Assembly (NCBI GenBank): GCA_013265495.1
Contig: MU058423.1
Span: forward strand, 4,231,061 to 4,295,060
Direction: 5' to 3'
Length of the DNA stretch: 64,000 bases
Origin: Vicugna vicugna
Lineage: Eukaryota
How positions within the stretch are numbered: the first letter of the stretch is position 1; each line of letters begins with the position of its first letter. Under the pieces are notes generated by a model. That model had not been told where the DNA came from. It did not search any database and saw only the letters and a program-made list of their open reading frames with translations. Both the position numbers and the translations under genes were made by a program. Positions 13,170-26,805 of the stretch are shown here, in pieces.

Positions 13170-13380
13170 ATAGTAGCGAGATAACTAGGTGTGTATCAGA
13201 CAGACCTGGACTGGGATTCTAGGTTGTGCACTTGACTATGTAATTGACCTCTGCAGGTGATTTAGCACTCTAAGCCACTCTTAACTGTAAGGGAAGCATA
13301 GTAATACCTGGCTCAGATGAGACAAGCATTCAAAGCACTTAGAACACTGCCTGGGACAGAGCAATTGCTCAATAAATAGG
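13170..13380 (+). mobile_element. MIR SINE
   Basis: tcagacagacctgg...aaagcacttagaacactgcctgggacagagcaattgctcaataaat. Confidence 0.8.
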
Positions 13381-15119
13381 AAGGAGACAATGGTGATGCC
13401 TTTGGGTGACCTCACTAGGAGCTTTTTAATGCACTTGAGGCACCTGATACACTGATGGACACATTGGAAATGGTCACAGTTTAATAATGTGTGAGTAGCT
13501 TAATAAAACTATGGTTCACCCACAGAAAGGAATATTTATTATTTATGCTGTATATTACTATGCATTTAACATGATAATTATGAAGATTATGTAAAATTAC
13601 TGAAAGGATTATGGCAAATACAGATAAAAATTCAGAATACAAAATGGTAAGTGTACTTTGATAATGGTTATATAAAATATATGCAGATGTGGAAAGGGCT
13701 TGGAAAAAGGAGAAATAACAGTGTTAGAGTCAAGTGACTTAAATTATTACTTAATATTGTTACATCATATTTTCAATAAAGCAAGTATAAGCCATTTATT
13801 ACAGTAGAACTAATGTATTCTTATTATTCAGTGAAGCACCGATATTTACTTTGCATCTATTCTACGTTCTTTCCTTCTCTGGTCACAGTGGAACAATCCA
13901 AAAGAAAAAAGAAAAAGTAATTTGTCCCCAAAGGCTACTAGAACACCACCACACAATAGCATGATCAAAACAAAAACAGAAAATGTAAAACAGGTACATA
14001 ATCATGTTTTATTACATCTTATTTAAAAATAAAAGCATTGTGTACAGTATCTCAAGAAATATATATTATATACGAGATGATTAAATATTTAATTGAATTG
14101 CATTCAGAAAAGAAGGAAGATCAGCATAGAATGGTGTCTCTTGGTGGAGATTAGCCTTGAGCTGAAGTCTGAAGGATAGGCAATCTCTATACAAATGGCA
14201 AGAGAAGATCCACACTCTAGCAGGGGAAAAGTGAATAAAAGCATGCAGTGAATGGAATTAATCAGAAAAGGGACTGATACTATCAGCAAGTCTCTCTCTC
14301 TTTTTTTTTTTTTTGGAAGGGGGAAAGGATAGTGGGTTAATTATTCATTTTACTTAACTAACATTTATTAAGTGCAAAATATGGTCCAGATAAGGAAATT
14401 AGACTTGAAGTTGAAAGCAGGTTAAATTGCAAATTAAATCATGTTTCCTGTGTATACTGGAAGATGACTGAGGTGGACTGGATGAAATGGACCTCCATTT
14501 CCTCCATATGAGATTCTGTGATGATATGCACCCCACACAGCCTTCTGACACAAAGACTGTGCAATGCTGACTTCCTTCACAGGATTCCATCAGGATGCTG
14601 TTCTCCTGTATTTGTACTTGAAATGGGGCTTTTTTCCTTTTTTTCTCCCAGAAAACAATCCAAAATATAAGCCCTGCCTTCACTCTATCATACATTTATA
14701 GAATTCAATGAGAATATGCTTTTCATTTGAAAGGCATAGCCAGATAAACTCATACTTAGAAAATAAAGGAAAAAACCTAACTCTAATTCTTTGAGTAATT
14801 TTTGAAAAAGAAGAAACAAAGAGATGGAACTGTGACTGTTAATTTGACAAAATTCACAAAAGGCTTTTCAGCAGTACCCACAGCCGATTTCCCACAGGAC
14901 AAGAGAAAGCCTGGGAAAAGCCAAGAAACAGAGAGAGGGAGAGGAGGAGGCACTCAGACGAACCTCATACACTTGCTCAGAAAGGTCTCCTGAGCACATC
15001 CTCAAATAATCAGACATCATAAAAAAAGATTGTTAAGAAAGGTAGAGAAACTTGAAAAAAAAAATCCTAAAGATCTTGAAACCTTCATCTGCCCTTGTTC
15101 TATTTTTGCTTAAAATGAA

Positions 15120-15325
15120 AATAGCATCTTTTGCCTGTGCTTTACAGTTTACAACGTGTTTCAACATATACCCGGTACTTAAGTTCCACAACTCTGTGGG
15201 ATTTCACAGGTGACGTAAGAGCCCCAGAGGCAGAGGGGCCTTCCCCACGCCTCTCCTTCTGCAGGCAGTGGAGACGGAGCACACACCTAGGTCTTTAGCT
15301 TCCAGAGCTCTTTCCACTGCATCGC
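15120..15325 (-). mobile_element. MIR SINE (diverged)
   Basis: gtgctttacagtttacaacgtgtttcaacata...cacaactctgtg...gctctttccactgcatc. Confidence 0.6.
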
Positions 15326-15691
15326 ATCAGGTGCCTGTCAGTTTTGGTTTCATGTGTGCTAGGATAATGCACAGACACATTCATTTTCCTACTTAGATCC
15401 TGCCGCAGTATAAAATGATGGTTAACTAAAGAACACCCGGCCTTCCAGTAATTAAAGTAGGACTGCACAGCACTTACCACATCCAGCCAGGGTTTCAGGC
15501 AGTAACGTGTACCCAACAACCACATGTGTCTGGTCTGCCTTACGTGAAACAGCAAATGGTGATATTCCAAGGGGGAACAAAAGGCCTCTTGTCTGTATCT
15601 CTCCTGTGCTGCCTGCTAATGCATTTAGAATTACCACGATTCAAGTAATTCCTGTGGGTAAGGTATAACCACCCCTTTTAAAAAGCAATTA

Positions 15692-16011
15692 TGTTACTGA
15701 GATGGAAATATCATGGCAACACAGACTTGGGAAACTATCAGAGACAGGGCTCCAAGGAAAGGGGATAGAGGTCGGAGTAATTCTGACAGGTGGGTTTCAG
15801 CGATGCTTTGGGGTGTGTCCAGGGAATTCCGATGGTTATGTGAGAGCACCGGAAGTGGGAGGAGTGGGGAGATACACCTCTTCCTGCAACTCTGTGTAGG
15901 ACTCTCTCTGTCCCTGTGCTTATCTCTGGCATATTTAAACCAGCCTGCCCTTGGTGCCTGTTTTGTAGTCCCTGTCAGTCACACTCCAAGATTCCAGAAA
16001 ATAGGGTAACA
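15692..16011. mobile_element. Possible ancient solo LTR
   Basis: About 320-bp segment bounded by inverted termini TGTTAC...GTAACA; no TSD seen and family not recognised. Confidence 0.25.
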
Positions 16012-16519
16012 GAAGCTAGGATGCTAATTTGATATGACTCCACAATTATGAAGTGATCCTCAAAACTGAAATAGCAAATATTGTCTTTCAATGGGGTATC
16101 ACAGTAGGATGCAAACTGGTTTATCATTTCTTCCATACAGAAATCATTTCCTGAGTGTCAAAAAGGACATCGGTTTTCAGCAGGATGAGGAGGTGCTGAC
16201 AGTGATTAAGAGATTTGTTTTCTCAAACCCATTCCAGAGGTCTTTTGCTGTTTTTTTTTTTTCTTTTTTCTGGAGCTGTGAACTTCCATATTGCAATATG
16301 CTTTTCTTTGAAGTGATATACTTAACATAAGAGTTAAAGGAGTGACATGGGAGTTCTGTGTCAGGCTATGCATCATATATATTGATCAATAACAAAACTA
16401 AGGTTCTTAAGTCTGCTCTTCAGTAATAATAGGAAGAAAAATGTAACAAACGTATTTCAGAGGCATAGCAGAAAATACTCAGTGATTGGTGAACGGATGT
16501 TAGAAAGCAGTGTTCAGGC

Positions 16520-16615
16520 CTTTTGAGTCAGGGACCATGTATTAAGTGATATTTATACTGTAAATAGAACTTAGCATAGCACTTTGCACACAGTAGGCAC
16601 TCAATAAATGTTTTC
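16520..16615 (+). mobile_element. L2 3' end fragment
   Basis: cagggaccatgt...gcacacagtaggcactcaataaatgtt. Confidence 0.7.
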
Positions 16616-16729
16616 TAACATATTGATTAGCTGAGCAGATTAAGAAGACAGGTAAAATTTCAGGAGCATTATTTAATTTTGCAAATATTTGAAGAATTTA
16701 AAGTAAGTTAAAGTATTTACGTGCTACCT

Positions 16730-17195
16730 ATGAACCAGAAGTTATCTGTTTATAATCATAGAAGTCAAAGTACTTGATTTCCTTGCTAAAAATCTTCCAG
16801 TGGCTTCCTATTGTCTTGAAGGAGACAAAAAACCTAAATAATCTAGCATTTGCTGAATTCCCCAACCTCAGTTTCTATCACTTTCCACCTGAAGAAGACT
16901 TCTCTCTGGCCTGCTTCCTGTTTCTCTTTAGGGTCTTTACCCTCGCTGTTCCATCTGTTGGAATGCTTGTCCCCAAGATCTTTACAGGGCTCACTCTATC
17001 ACATTCCTTAACTCTTGCTCTGATACCCTGTCCTCAGAGAAGCCTTCTTAGATCAGTCCTAAAGTGGCTGTCTTCTTACTCCCTTTCCCTCACCCTGATT
17101 ATATTTCTTCATGGTATGTATCACTGCATGAAATTATAAAATTGATTGTTTTGTTTGTTTCAAGTTCAGTACCTGGCATATAATAGGTACCCATA
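16730..17195 (+). mobile_element. L2 LINE fragment
   Basis: aaaatcttccagtggcttcctattg...gctgttccatctgttggaatgct...ctcagagaagccttc...cagtacctggcatataataggtac. Confidence 0.8.
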
Positions 17196-17246
17196 AGCTT
17201 TTCCCTGGAAGAGTCAATGTTTCCACATCAATCTACAGGATGGTGT

Positions 17247-17450
17247 AGACCAAGGGGTCACAATTCCACTGCTTTCAGTAGGCAGGCAGGTAAGCAGACC
17301 CTGGATAGGACAACAATGTATGGCAGAAGCTGCAACTACCTCAAAAGTTTATGCTCCATAATAAGGCATTCAAATATTAAAAAGTAATCAAAACACTGTG
17401 TTGACCAAATAAAATGTATTTGAGGACCAGATCAGGCCTGACCTCATTGA
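17247..17450 (+). mobile_element. hAT MITE (MER102-like)
   Basis: aggggtcacaattc...ggcaggcaggtaa...aaaacactgtgttgaccaaataaaatgtatttgaggaccagat. Confidence 0.6.
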
Positions 17451-17742
17451 GTTCACATAATGTATGCATTTATAGATAGTAATGATCATCTAATGGTAGT
17501 TGGTTTTGGAGAAAAATCTTGTTTCCAATAAATGAGTAATTCCCACTTTTCTCTCACCCTTTCTTTCGCCTTCTCTTCCTTAGCATTTTCTCTTAAGACC
17601 TGAAGGTGAATTATTACCACAGTGTATGTGTTCAGTTCTTGACTGTTCAGCAACCTAATGATATGCACAGTGACTGCAAATGAAAGCATCTCTAGGTTTT
17701 CTAGTCACAGAACCAGGACTCTCCAAACTCAACAACATACAT

Positions 17743-18045
17743 CATATGATATCACTTATATGTGAAATCCCAAAAAAGGACACAAATGAACTTATCTACA
17801 GAACAGAAACAGACTCACAGACATAGAGAACAAACTTATGGTTACCAGGGGGTAAAGGGGGTGGGAAGGGATAAATTGGGAATTCGAAACTGCATCTATT
17901 GGGGAGTGATGGAAATGTTAGCTATCTTGATGGTGATAGTGGTTTCATGGGTGTATACATCTATCAAAATTCTTGAATTGTACATTTGAAATATGTGTAG
18001 TTTACTGTACAGGAACCATACCACATTAAAGGTGTTAAAAAATAA
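17743..18045 (+). mobile_element. Chimeric L1 3'-end insertion (cetartiodactyl-type L1 3'UTR fused to an L1M-type 3' terminus)
   Basis: The first ~150 bp match the L1 at 29940-30075. The remainder resembles an older L1M tail (gtgatggaaatgttagctatcttgat...gtgtatacatctatcaaaa). TSD aacaacatacat (17731-17742) / aagaacatacat (18046-18057). Confidence 0.75.
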
Positions 18046-20269
18046 AAGAACATACATTACTTATGGACACAGGAAGGGAAGGGGCTTGCTGGAAAGAGAA
18101 AATAGAAAATGTCACTCCTAACTTCTGGTACCTACTCTCACGTCTGCAGAGAGAGGTAATGCCTAGAGGAATGATCACCTCATAAGTATGAATAAGGCTA
18201 ATGAGGTTATAAAGCCTTTATCTGATGCCTGGACTTGTTCACTCTCCATCCCTGGTTTCTTCCTGGGAAGCTAAGATTCATTTTAGGTGGTTCTCTGATG
18301 CCCTAACTGGTTTGTGATAGGGTTCAGATTGAGTCAGTCAATCTGTTATCATCTACTGTTTATATTTCTCTGCAATCAATGTCCACGCCACGTTGCTTCA
18401 GGCTGTGATTCACAATCATAAACTGTGGTTTATACTTATCAGCTTCAGTTATGAGAAAAACTGGGCAGGCAGGATGTAATTACATTGTTATGAGAGACCA
18501 GAAGACAAACACGGAGGCTCACAGCAGTGACCACAGAAGTCAGGCGCAGTCTTCCCATTAGCTCAGTTTGTGTGTCCCTATCTCTATCGCTCCACCAGCA
18601 GTGAAGCTGTGATGTGTTTTTAGTTGCTTTGCCCAGGTTTCTAGCAAACTGGAATAGCATTTTGTGATAGACATATCAGCATCTTCAGTAGCACTTCATG
18701 ATTTTTTTTTTTTTTTTGCAAGACAGTGATCAGCCTTGTAGGAGTTTGCCATCATTTAGGTAAATTTATGGTAGGGCTGTCAAGCCTAGAATTAACAGGG
18801 AAAACCTAGCAAAAACTAATCTGTCAGTTCAAGGCACAGACCTCATTCCTTTAATCATAGCTAAACTCTCACTTCTGGGGCACCAAAGCTGTCCTCACAG
18901 CAGGGTGTAAAGGGGTGTAAAGGCAAGTTTATAATGTCTGAAGGGAAGAAATATGCTCAAACTTCAACTCAAATTGTGTATTTTCAAGCAACATCAACTT
19001 GTGGGTATTGTTAAAATCTCTGCCTTGTTTTTCCTGGGATAATCTGACTATCATCTTAAGATGCTTTTTAGAACTTACTATATTCAAAGCAGATTCTGAT
19101 TTAGGCTTTTTTTTCCCATAGGATATTACTTTGGGAAAAGATGACCAAATTTTCAGTGGTCTAGATCAGCACTATGCATACAGCAGATGAACTGGAGATA
19201 AAGAAGAATGTTACTGTTGATAGACTTACCCAGAACAAAAGAACAGAAAGCCCCCACTTGTGACCACTTTGCGCAAGTGGCCACTGGCTGTTGATAAATT
19301 CTAGTTTCTTCAAATAGGGAATCACTGATGTTAAGAAAAACAACTACATACTATCTCTTCATACCCATATCTTCCATTGCTCAGCTCTGGAGGCTTGATG
19401 AACTAAACTTTAAAAATAACTCAATTTGAGGTGCTCTCTTAGTCAAGAGAGTAACATTTTCTCCCAATTACTTTTTCCCCTCACAAAGATAAAAAAAATC
19501 CGCACCTTTGATATTTACTTTCAGATTTTGCATATTGTTGTATAAAACCCCTACTGCATTCTTAAGACATGTAAACATTTTCTCACAGTGTTTAAAATGG
19601 AGCTCGCAATAACAGTTTATTTTAAACTCAATATATTTCAAAATCTTAATCATATATTTGGATGGAATAATCCATTATTCAACAGTAGTCAGAAATTCTT
19701 AAAAATCTGACTTACATAGTAGACTAAAATATAATGCTGTAAATTCTACTGTTAGAGTTTCTAAATGTTCCTTAGATATATCAAAGAGCAACTTCAATAT
19801 TCAATCTAACTAAATGACTTCATTTATATTTCAAATGTTTTCAATCAATATTTTCCTTCATTTTGTATCAACTCACCATTATAATCACATATAATTGGAA
19901 AGCTAAGGAACAGATAGCCTATTACAAATAATTTATAGGTGTCACTGTGAAAAACAAATTGTTAAATATCACTGAGAAAAACATTATATTTTATGTTAAA
20001 AAAATACACTTTTCCCTAGTTTCTTTCCTTCTCTCTTAGCTTTTAAAACCAGCACATCCTCTTTCTTTCGACATTAACTTTGTGATCCAGAGTTTCTGGT
20101 CATTTCTCAATGATTTCTATCAGCTCAATCAAGCAAAAGATGAAATTACTTCAGGTTTTTAAGGAACTATGAATTGTCTACGGAAGAAATGAAATAGTTA
20201 AAATTAAAGCCTGTCTAAGCTTATATGCCTGTGTGGAGATTCTGGGGCCCAAGACTTTGACAAATGGCA

Positions 20270-20595
20270 GGGATCGGGGTGGGCTGGGTGGGCAAAATGG
20301 GTGATGGTAGTCAAAAGGCACAAACTTCCAGTTATAAAACCAACAAGTCATGGGGATGTAAAATAAGGCTTAACAACTATAGTTAATAATATTGTATTGC
20401 ATATTTGGAAGTTGCTAAGAGAGTAGATCTTAAAAGTTCTCATCACAAGAAAAAGAAACTCTGTAACTATATAAGGTGTTAGACGTTAATGTGACTTACT
20501 GTGGTGGACATTCTGCAATACGTACAAATAACAAACAACTGTGTTGTACCCCTGAAACTAATGTAAGGTTGTATATCAATTATACTTCAATGTAA
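20270..20595 (+). mobile_element. L1 3' UTR fragment (L1MA-type)
   Basis: caaacttccagttataaa...gttgctaagagagtagatcttaaaagttctcatcacaag...cctgaaactaat...tcaattatacttcaat. Confidence 0.9.
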
Positions 20596-23254
20596 ACAGA
20601 CAAACAAACATTGAAAAAGCACATTAGACAAAGAAGAAAAGGAAAGAAATTGAAATCTGATTCTGAGTCAAATTCTAGCAGTCAGCTTTTGAAGGATCAG
20701 TGCAGGGTCAGTACGTCCCAAATGAAAGGAAAAATTTTTCCAGGATAGGAAAGAGATGATGGCAGGGATGGGGGACAGTAAGATGGAGCTGCTGTTTTGT
20801 GAATTCCTACTACATAAGTGTTCTTTACAAATGCAAATACAAGAGAAGAAAATCATGGCTGTTATGAGGGCAAGACTGAAGACATAGTTAAGCAATTTTG
20901 AAGGAATGTGTTAAATAAAGATTGCCTTGCAATAACTTCCAAATGCTATTCTGGTCCCCTAAGCCTGATCAAAGCTTCTTTTTAAACCAGGCACTGAACA
21001 TTTTATCTTGGATATAAATTTTTTACTTGTTTTGACACCCCTGAAGATTTTTTAAAAACTTGCCAAAAAGAAAAATCTAAATATATAACAGATTTGTGAG
21101 TGCACCTTGAGAGAAATACATTCTGGATCCCGGACAGTCACCCCAGCCCATGTAGTCAAGCGGTCATCAAGGCAGGGGCCACAGGCAGTGTCTGTTTTAT
21201 TGCCTGGAACACACCTTCAGGGTAAACTCTCACCTGGCATCTGCCTTGCTTTCAAATGAGTGGTCTTTTTCTCCAACCCACAATGCTGAAGGGTGCCAAA
21301 CTGGCTGACTCAAACCCCCTTTTGCCCCTGGCCAGGCAACTATACCAAATTCATACTCAAAGCCAAAGAAATGCAGTTTCCTCACAGAGCCGGTATCTAG
21401 GGAGCAGTCCTCTCCCCAAGCTGTGTTACTGATGGAGAAAACCTTCAACTCCTTCAGGTTGGCTGTAGTTCAGTGTTTCTTAGTCTCATGCATTTCTTCT
21501 TTTTGAAACCTATGGAAATTACAATGCCTTGGCAAGTCAGATTGCAACACACCAGCCATGGAGTTAGGGTGACCTCAGGCCCCAGCCCAGACCCAGGCTT
21601 CTCGGCTGTGAATTTTTGTTTGTTACTCGTTGGTACAACTGTTCTTTTTCTGATATCTTGGGGTCTGAGCATCCACATGAAACTCCTTCTCAGAAAAAAA
21701 AAAATGAGGAAACTACATTACCTATGCCTGGTGAACTAACGAACATTCTCAATTCTGAGAAGACTGTATCCTCAATCTGGAAATGAGAAGAGGGTATTGT
21801 TCACTGGGTCAGATACATGATCTTGGGATGAAAAGCTTTCAATTCAGAAAGTTTTAAAAGAGGAAGGAGGAACAGCACAAATCTAGGGCAGGCAGCACAC
21901 TCTTCATTTGGGGGTGGGGCAGGGAGAAGAATCTGTACGGTACTTAAAGGCTGCGTGCCAACTAGTGATGATGAGGACAGTTACCAGCCTGCAGGTGGGT
22001 TTTCTAGAACAACGGTGCTGGGCTGAGGGGCTGCCATCATGAATACTATGAAATGCCACCTGACATTCCCATCAGAGAAAAACGCCACGTCAAGGGAGAA
22101 GGCCAGCGTAGCTCGCTTCCCCTGGCTGCTGTGCCTGTGACTCCATGCCGCGGCCGCGCACACCAGCCCAGTGACCGGCTGAGCACCCCGTCTTCCAGCA
22201 CGGTCTGTGGCCCTTAGAAACGCACCCTCTGGGCTCTTTGGGTTCACACAAAGAATAAGGGTTGATTATTCTGAACACGGCATAACCAGACGCAGTTCCT
22301 GCTTATAACCTGTTTTAAAATGTTAGCTCCATTTATTTTGATAACTAATTCTGGCATCGAGCAATGTGGAGATGAAGTACCTGGTACTACCCAGATCGTC
22401 CACATGGCTTTTGAACACTGGATTTTAATCCCCAGATAAATAAATGAGACGAACTCAAACATTTGGAGATATTTTCATGATCAGATCTACAATACAATGC
22501 AATCCCCACTCTCCCTTGGAATGATTGAATCTCATCCTTCTTAGAAAGACAAAAATATTAGAAGTGACATTTTGGAACTACTCCACGAATATCAGTGTTT
22601 GAACACTGTGAGACTGCTTTCCCTGATAGTAAAATGAAATACGTTGTTTTGATCTGTTTTAAAGAAAACCTGACATTTTATTCACAAATCAACTATTTCT
22701 GCTCTTTCAAAGCAGAATATCACACTGGGAAAGAGAAGGTAAGGTTTAAAAAATTACCCCTATCACTGAGAATAAATAAATGTCTGCTTCACCTAACTAC
22801 ATAGCTTGAACTTTATGACCCAGAGGTGTTTTCAGAACAAAAGTGAGAGAAGTGTTTTGGAACCGAGGATACTTTCAGTTTAAAAAGGATTAAGGGAGGC
22901 ATCATGATATTCTCCTCCGTATCTCTGAGATATCTTTGGGCCCAAGAAGAGGGCTCCAACCTCAAAAATACAATAGAGTGACAAGTTTGCTGACAGACAC
23001 TTCATCAAGTGGATTTGAAAAAAAATTAAAACATCAGCAGATGGAATGTGTCTGAATTCTCTCCCTGCTGGTGTGTGTGTCACCGAGTATCAGCAGAGTG
23101 CACCGGGAAGGCCCCGGAGGACCCTGCCGAGGAGAAAGCAGCAGTGACCCAAATGCACGTCCCTGTACAAGAGACTCAAGGTTGATGAATGCCATGTCTC
23201 TGCACCTGGCTTTTGTTAGCTCTTCATATTTCCCTGGGTGCCCTTTCCTCTTCT

Positions 23255-23298
23255 AAAAAAACAAAAACAGAAACAAAAACAAAAACAAAAACAAAAAC
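23255..23298. repeat. (AAAAAC)n microsatellite
   Basis: About seven units, directly visible. Confidence 0.9.
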
Positions 23299-26200
23299 CC
23301 TCAGAAAATCAGACCATAATTTTGGATCAAAGAAACTTTCCATTTATATTTCCATAAAAACTTCAGTAAATATCATCTGCAGGTTTAAAGAATCAATCCT
23401 CCTGTTTCTGGTAATTAAGTGGAAAAATGAATTAGTGAATGTTTCCAAACATATGCATTAAAAACAATAAACACGCCTCTATGGTGAAGCTTTCCTTTTG
23501 GAAGGGAAGAAGTAACAAAATTTAAATTAAATTAAAGTGGTGTTCTGGGGACTAAAGTGGTACTGCAGCTCAATAAACTAATGAAATTAGACAACCTAAG
23601 AATTTTTTTTTTCTTTTCTAGGCTCCAAGTCTAAAGCATGGGCTTTGTAAAGGGCCAGGATCATTGTCAGAATCCAATTCAATATTCCAGCTTCTCTGAT
23701 TCACAGCCAGCACACTCTGCCTTTAAGGTATTGCTTGTCTGATTATCGTGCCAGTCCCTCCATCTCCGAATGGTTTTGTGTGACTTTCAAGTATAGCAGC
23801 CCCGTTTGGAAACTGACAAGTGCTCATTTTGAAATGGAGTCATCAAATGCATGCAGCCTTCAGGAGGCTCCTCTTTTCATGAGAACAAACAAAGAAAAAT
23901 GTTTTTAGTACAAAATCCCCTTTTAACAAATAAAAAGCTTGTGTTGCACTGCGGGGCTGCCCACCTCCACAAAGCCAGGGCTCTTTTTGGTGGCCCTCAG
24001 AAGCAAGCTTTTCATTGTATAATTCATCCAGGGATAGAGCGTCTGCTGGGCTAATGAGCTCTCCTGCAGCCTCTTCTCCCGCAGGCGAAGCCCCAAAAGC
24101 ACAATCTTAAATCAGATACTGTAAAAGCCAAAAGAGAGAAGGGTAGGGGGAAGGAGAGAAAAAGAAAAGTATGGTGGAGAAAGCCATGTTAGCAGTATGC
24201 CAACAATCAAACCTTGCAGCTGGCTTTACTGAAGTTGTGTGCTTAAAAGATTTTCATCTGCACAGTTAATTTCTAAGCTCGTTCTTTCATGGCCATAGTT
24301 CTATTTCGAGTATTGCATCATTTGAGCACACCTCCAATGGATATTGATGTAATAGATCATCATGGCAGCTGGCTCTTAAACGTACTGCTAGCAACCTTGA
24401 CCAGGAACTGATTAGAAAGGGTAGGATGAAGGAGCATTCCCTTTTTGCCAGAAAGTGGAGCATGACATTGGAAACCCGAGGGCTCTGACTCCTGTCCTAT
24501 TACTAATTTTCCCATGCTTTACACTGTCACCGGTGAGTTCAGCAGACATTATTAGGAAGGTATGTGACAGCATCTAATAAAGTATGTTAGGAGAGAAATC
24601 ATGGCTCCCCTTCGCACTGATGATCTTTTAGAGAAATACAGTACTGTGGATTACAGGAGGTGGAGGTTGCAAACACTGATGAGACCCATGGCAATTCATC
24701 ATCAGCCTGCAACCTACCCGTGCTCTACAGCGATGAAGGAATAGCTTTCAGGAAGGACAGGGATGGAGAGTCTGTCTTACTCATGTTAGCAAAGATGTTC
24801 CAGAGAGGATCGTCTGATTATTTATTGGTTGTTCTACATCCCTGAACACAATCTTAGGACACTGCAGGTCTCCATGCAGTGTAAGACTCTGTAGAGTGTT
24901 CTGCCTGTAGAAGTGTCCAATGAGGTTGCATGACAACAGCACAGACTGTGGTTTAGGATGTATTTGTAGAATTCAGAAGGACAGGGGACTATTAGCAATG
25001 TTGGGGTTACAGAGGCAGCTCATTTTAAAAATTTGGTATTTGAGTTTTTCAACATTATCCAAAGTAGGTTCACCACATTCTTTTTAACAAACTCTTCAGC
25101 ACAGAGCAGATGGTTCCTCTATTAACAACCATTTGCATTTAACATATTGCGATGATTTATGTACCACATGCCATTAAGCACAGCAAAAACATTCAGTAGC
25201 GACTAATTAGTTGAGTGTAAAGACGCATATCTCAATGTACAGAGCCCTCCTCTAACTATGCTTTACATTTTTATAGTTTACTGTTTTATTTGTATAAAGC
25301 ACTTAAGTCTGAACTTTGACATTTGTCTTACAATGCTGTAATTATGGTTCTATTAATGCTTCAGTCATACATTCTTTTTAAATTTAGGAAGTTATTATTT
25401 GTGTGTCAGAATTTCCCTGGGCAACTCTAGGTCAGCCACATTTTATTTTTAAATGTTAGAATGCCTGCGAGTACTTCCAAACTCACCAAAATACTTATTT
25501 TTAAGAAGTCTTTGCCTAACAGAACATACTCGATATATAGTAGAGATGAAATAAGACTCCTAATCAAAAACAATTACTTACAAAGTGTGACTGATTTTAA
25601 TTGGGTTTTGAATGGTATTTACTCATATATAATTCCTTTTGTATCATATCTTCTTGACTTAATTGTCTACTCTTCTGAGCTCACATAACTTTTTCCTTCA
25701 CCTGCTAACCTCTGCTCTAATTCTCTTACAACCTGTAGATTCGCCTCTCAACTGCTTGTGCTTCTTAATTTGGTGACTCTTGAACCTCCCCAGAACAATG
25801 GGGTTTTGTTGCCTTTCAAAAGCAGATTCCCTGAAAAATAAAACTAAAAATTGCATTAGTTATTGCATTCTATGGAAAAGAAGCCTCAAAATCTTTTTCT
25901 GTCTTAGATGATCCTCAGACATTTTCTTCTCCTTTTTGCTGACCAACAGGGTCAACGGACATTTTAATACTGTCACTATGTGTCAAGGTGACAGTGTTAG
26001 GACTGTAGGATGAACCAATGAATCTTTTATAACTAGAGTCTTCATTCTCAAGAGTCATCCATGCAAAATGTCAAAGTAGGCCATCCATCATCGGTGAAGA
26101 TAGATGTACATCTGTGACCCAGAGGAAACGGGGATAACACAGCTGCATTTACCCAGGACTCAAGAAGCCAATCTTAGAAAACCTGAACTTGCTCTGCTCT

Positions 26201-26574
26201 TTTTTGAGATACCCAGTTTTGATTTTCATGAGGATTTCTACCAAAGGAGAACTCTGGAAATACGGTAATGATAAGTTTAACCTGCTGAAGTCTGTAAAGG
26301 GAAAGGAAACAATTAAGACAGATAACATAAGTGCATTAATGAAGGTAGAGTATGAATTATATATTAGCATAAATATAAGTTCAGCAGTACAGGAAATACA
26401 GTCTAACAATATAGGAAAATAGAAAGAATTAGAAGAAGAAAAAATATTAATGGTTAATGTTGATAGGGATACTATGTTGTAATGAGACTAATAAAAAAAT
26501 AATTGGGGAAAAAAAAAACACCCAAAGCTAAGACTGAAGTCATAATATTCAATTCTCACTACCATTCCTGGCCT

Positions 26575-26805
26575 ATGGTAATAACCACCATTTATTTAAT
26601 ATTTACTTTCATTTTACCTACATTAATTATATTTAAAATAGCTCATCAATGTGGGTAGCATTTGTTTCATCTTATATATGAGGGGGACTGAGAGTTCGAG
26701 ATATTTAAGTTATGCAACTTTTCTGAAATCTATCAAGTAGCAGTGGAGGAGCTGGGATTTGAACACAGGTCTGTCTTGCTTACAGCCACCCTCTGCTGCC
26801 TCTCC
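26575..26805 (-). mobile_element. MIR SINE
   Basis: atgagggggactgagag...ggagctgggatttgaacacaggtctgtct...gctgcctc. Confidence 0.75.

Noticed and set aside
16774..17139. 121-aa hydrophobic ORF
   Set aside because: Falls within a pyrimidine-rich L2 fragment.
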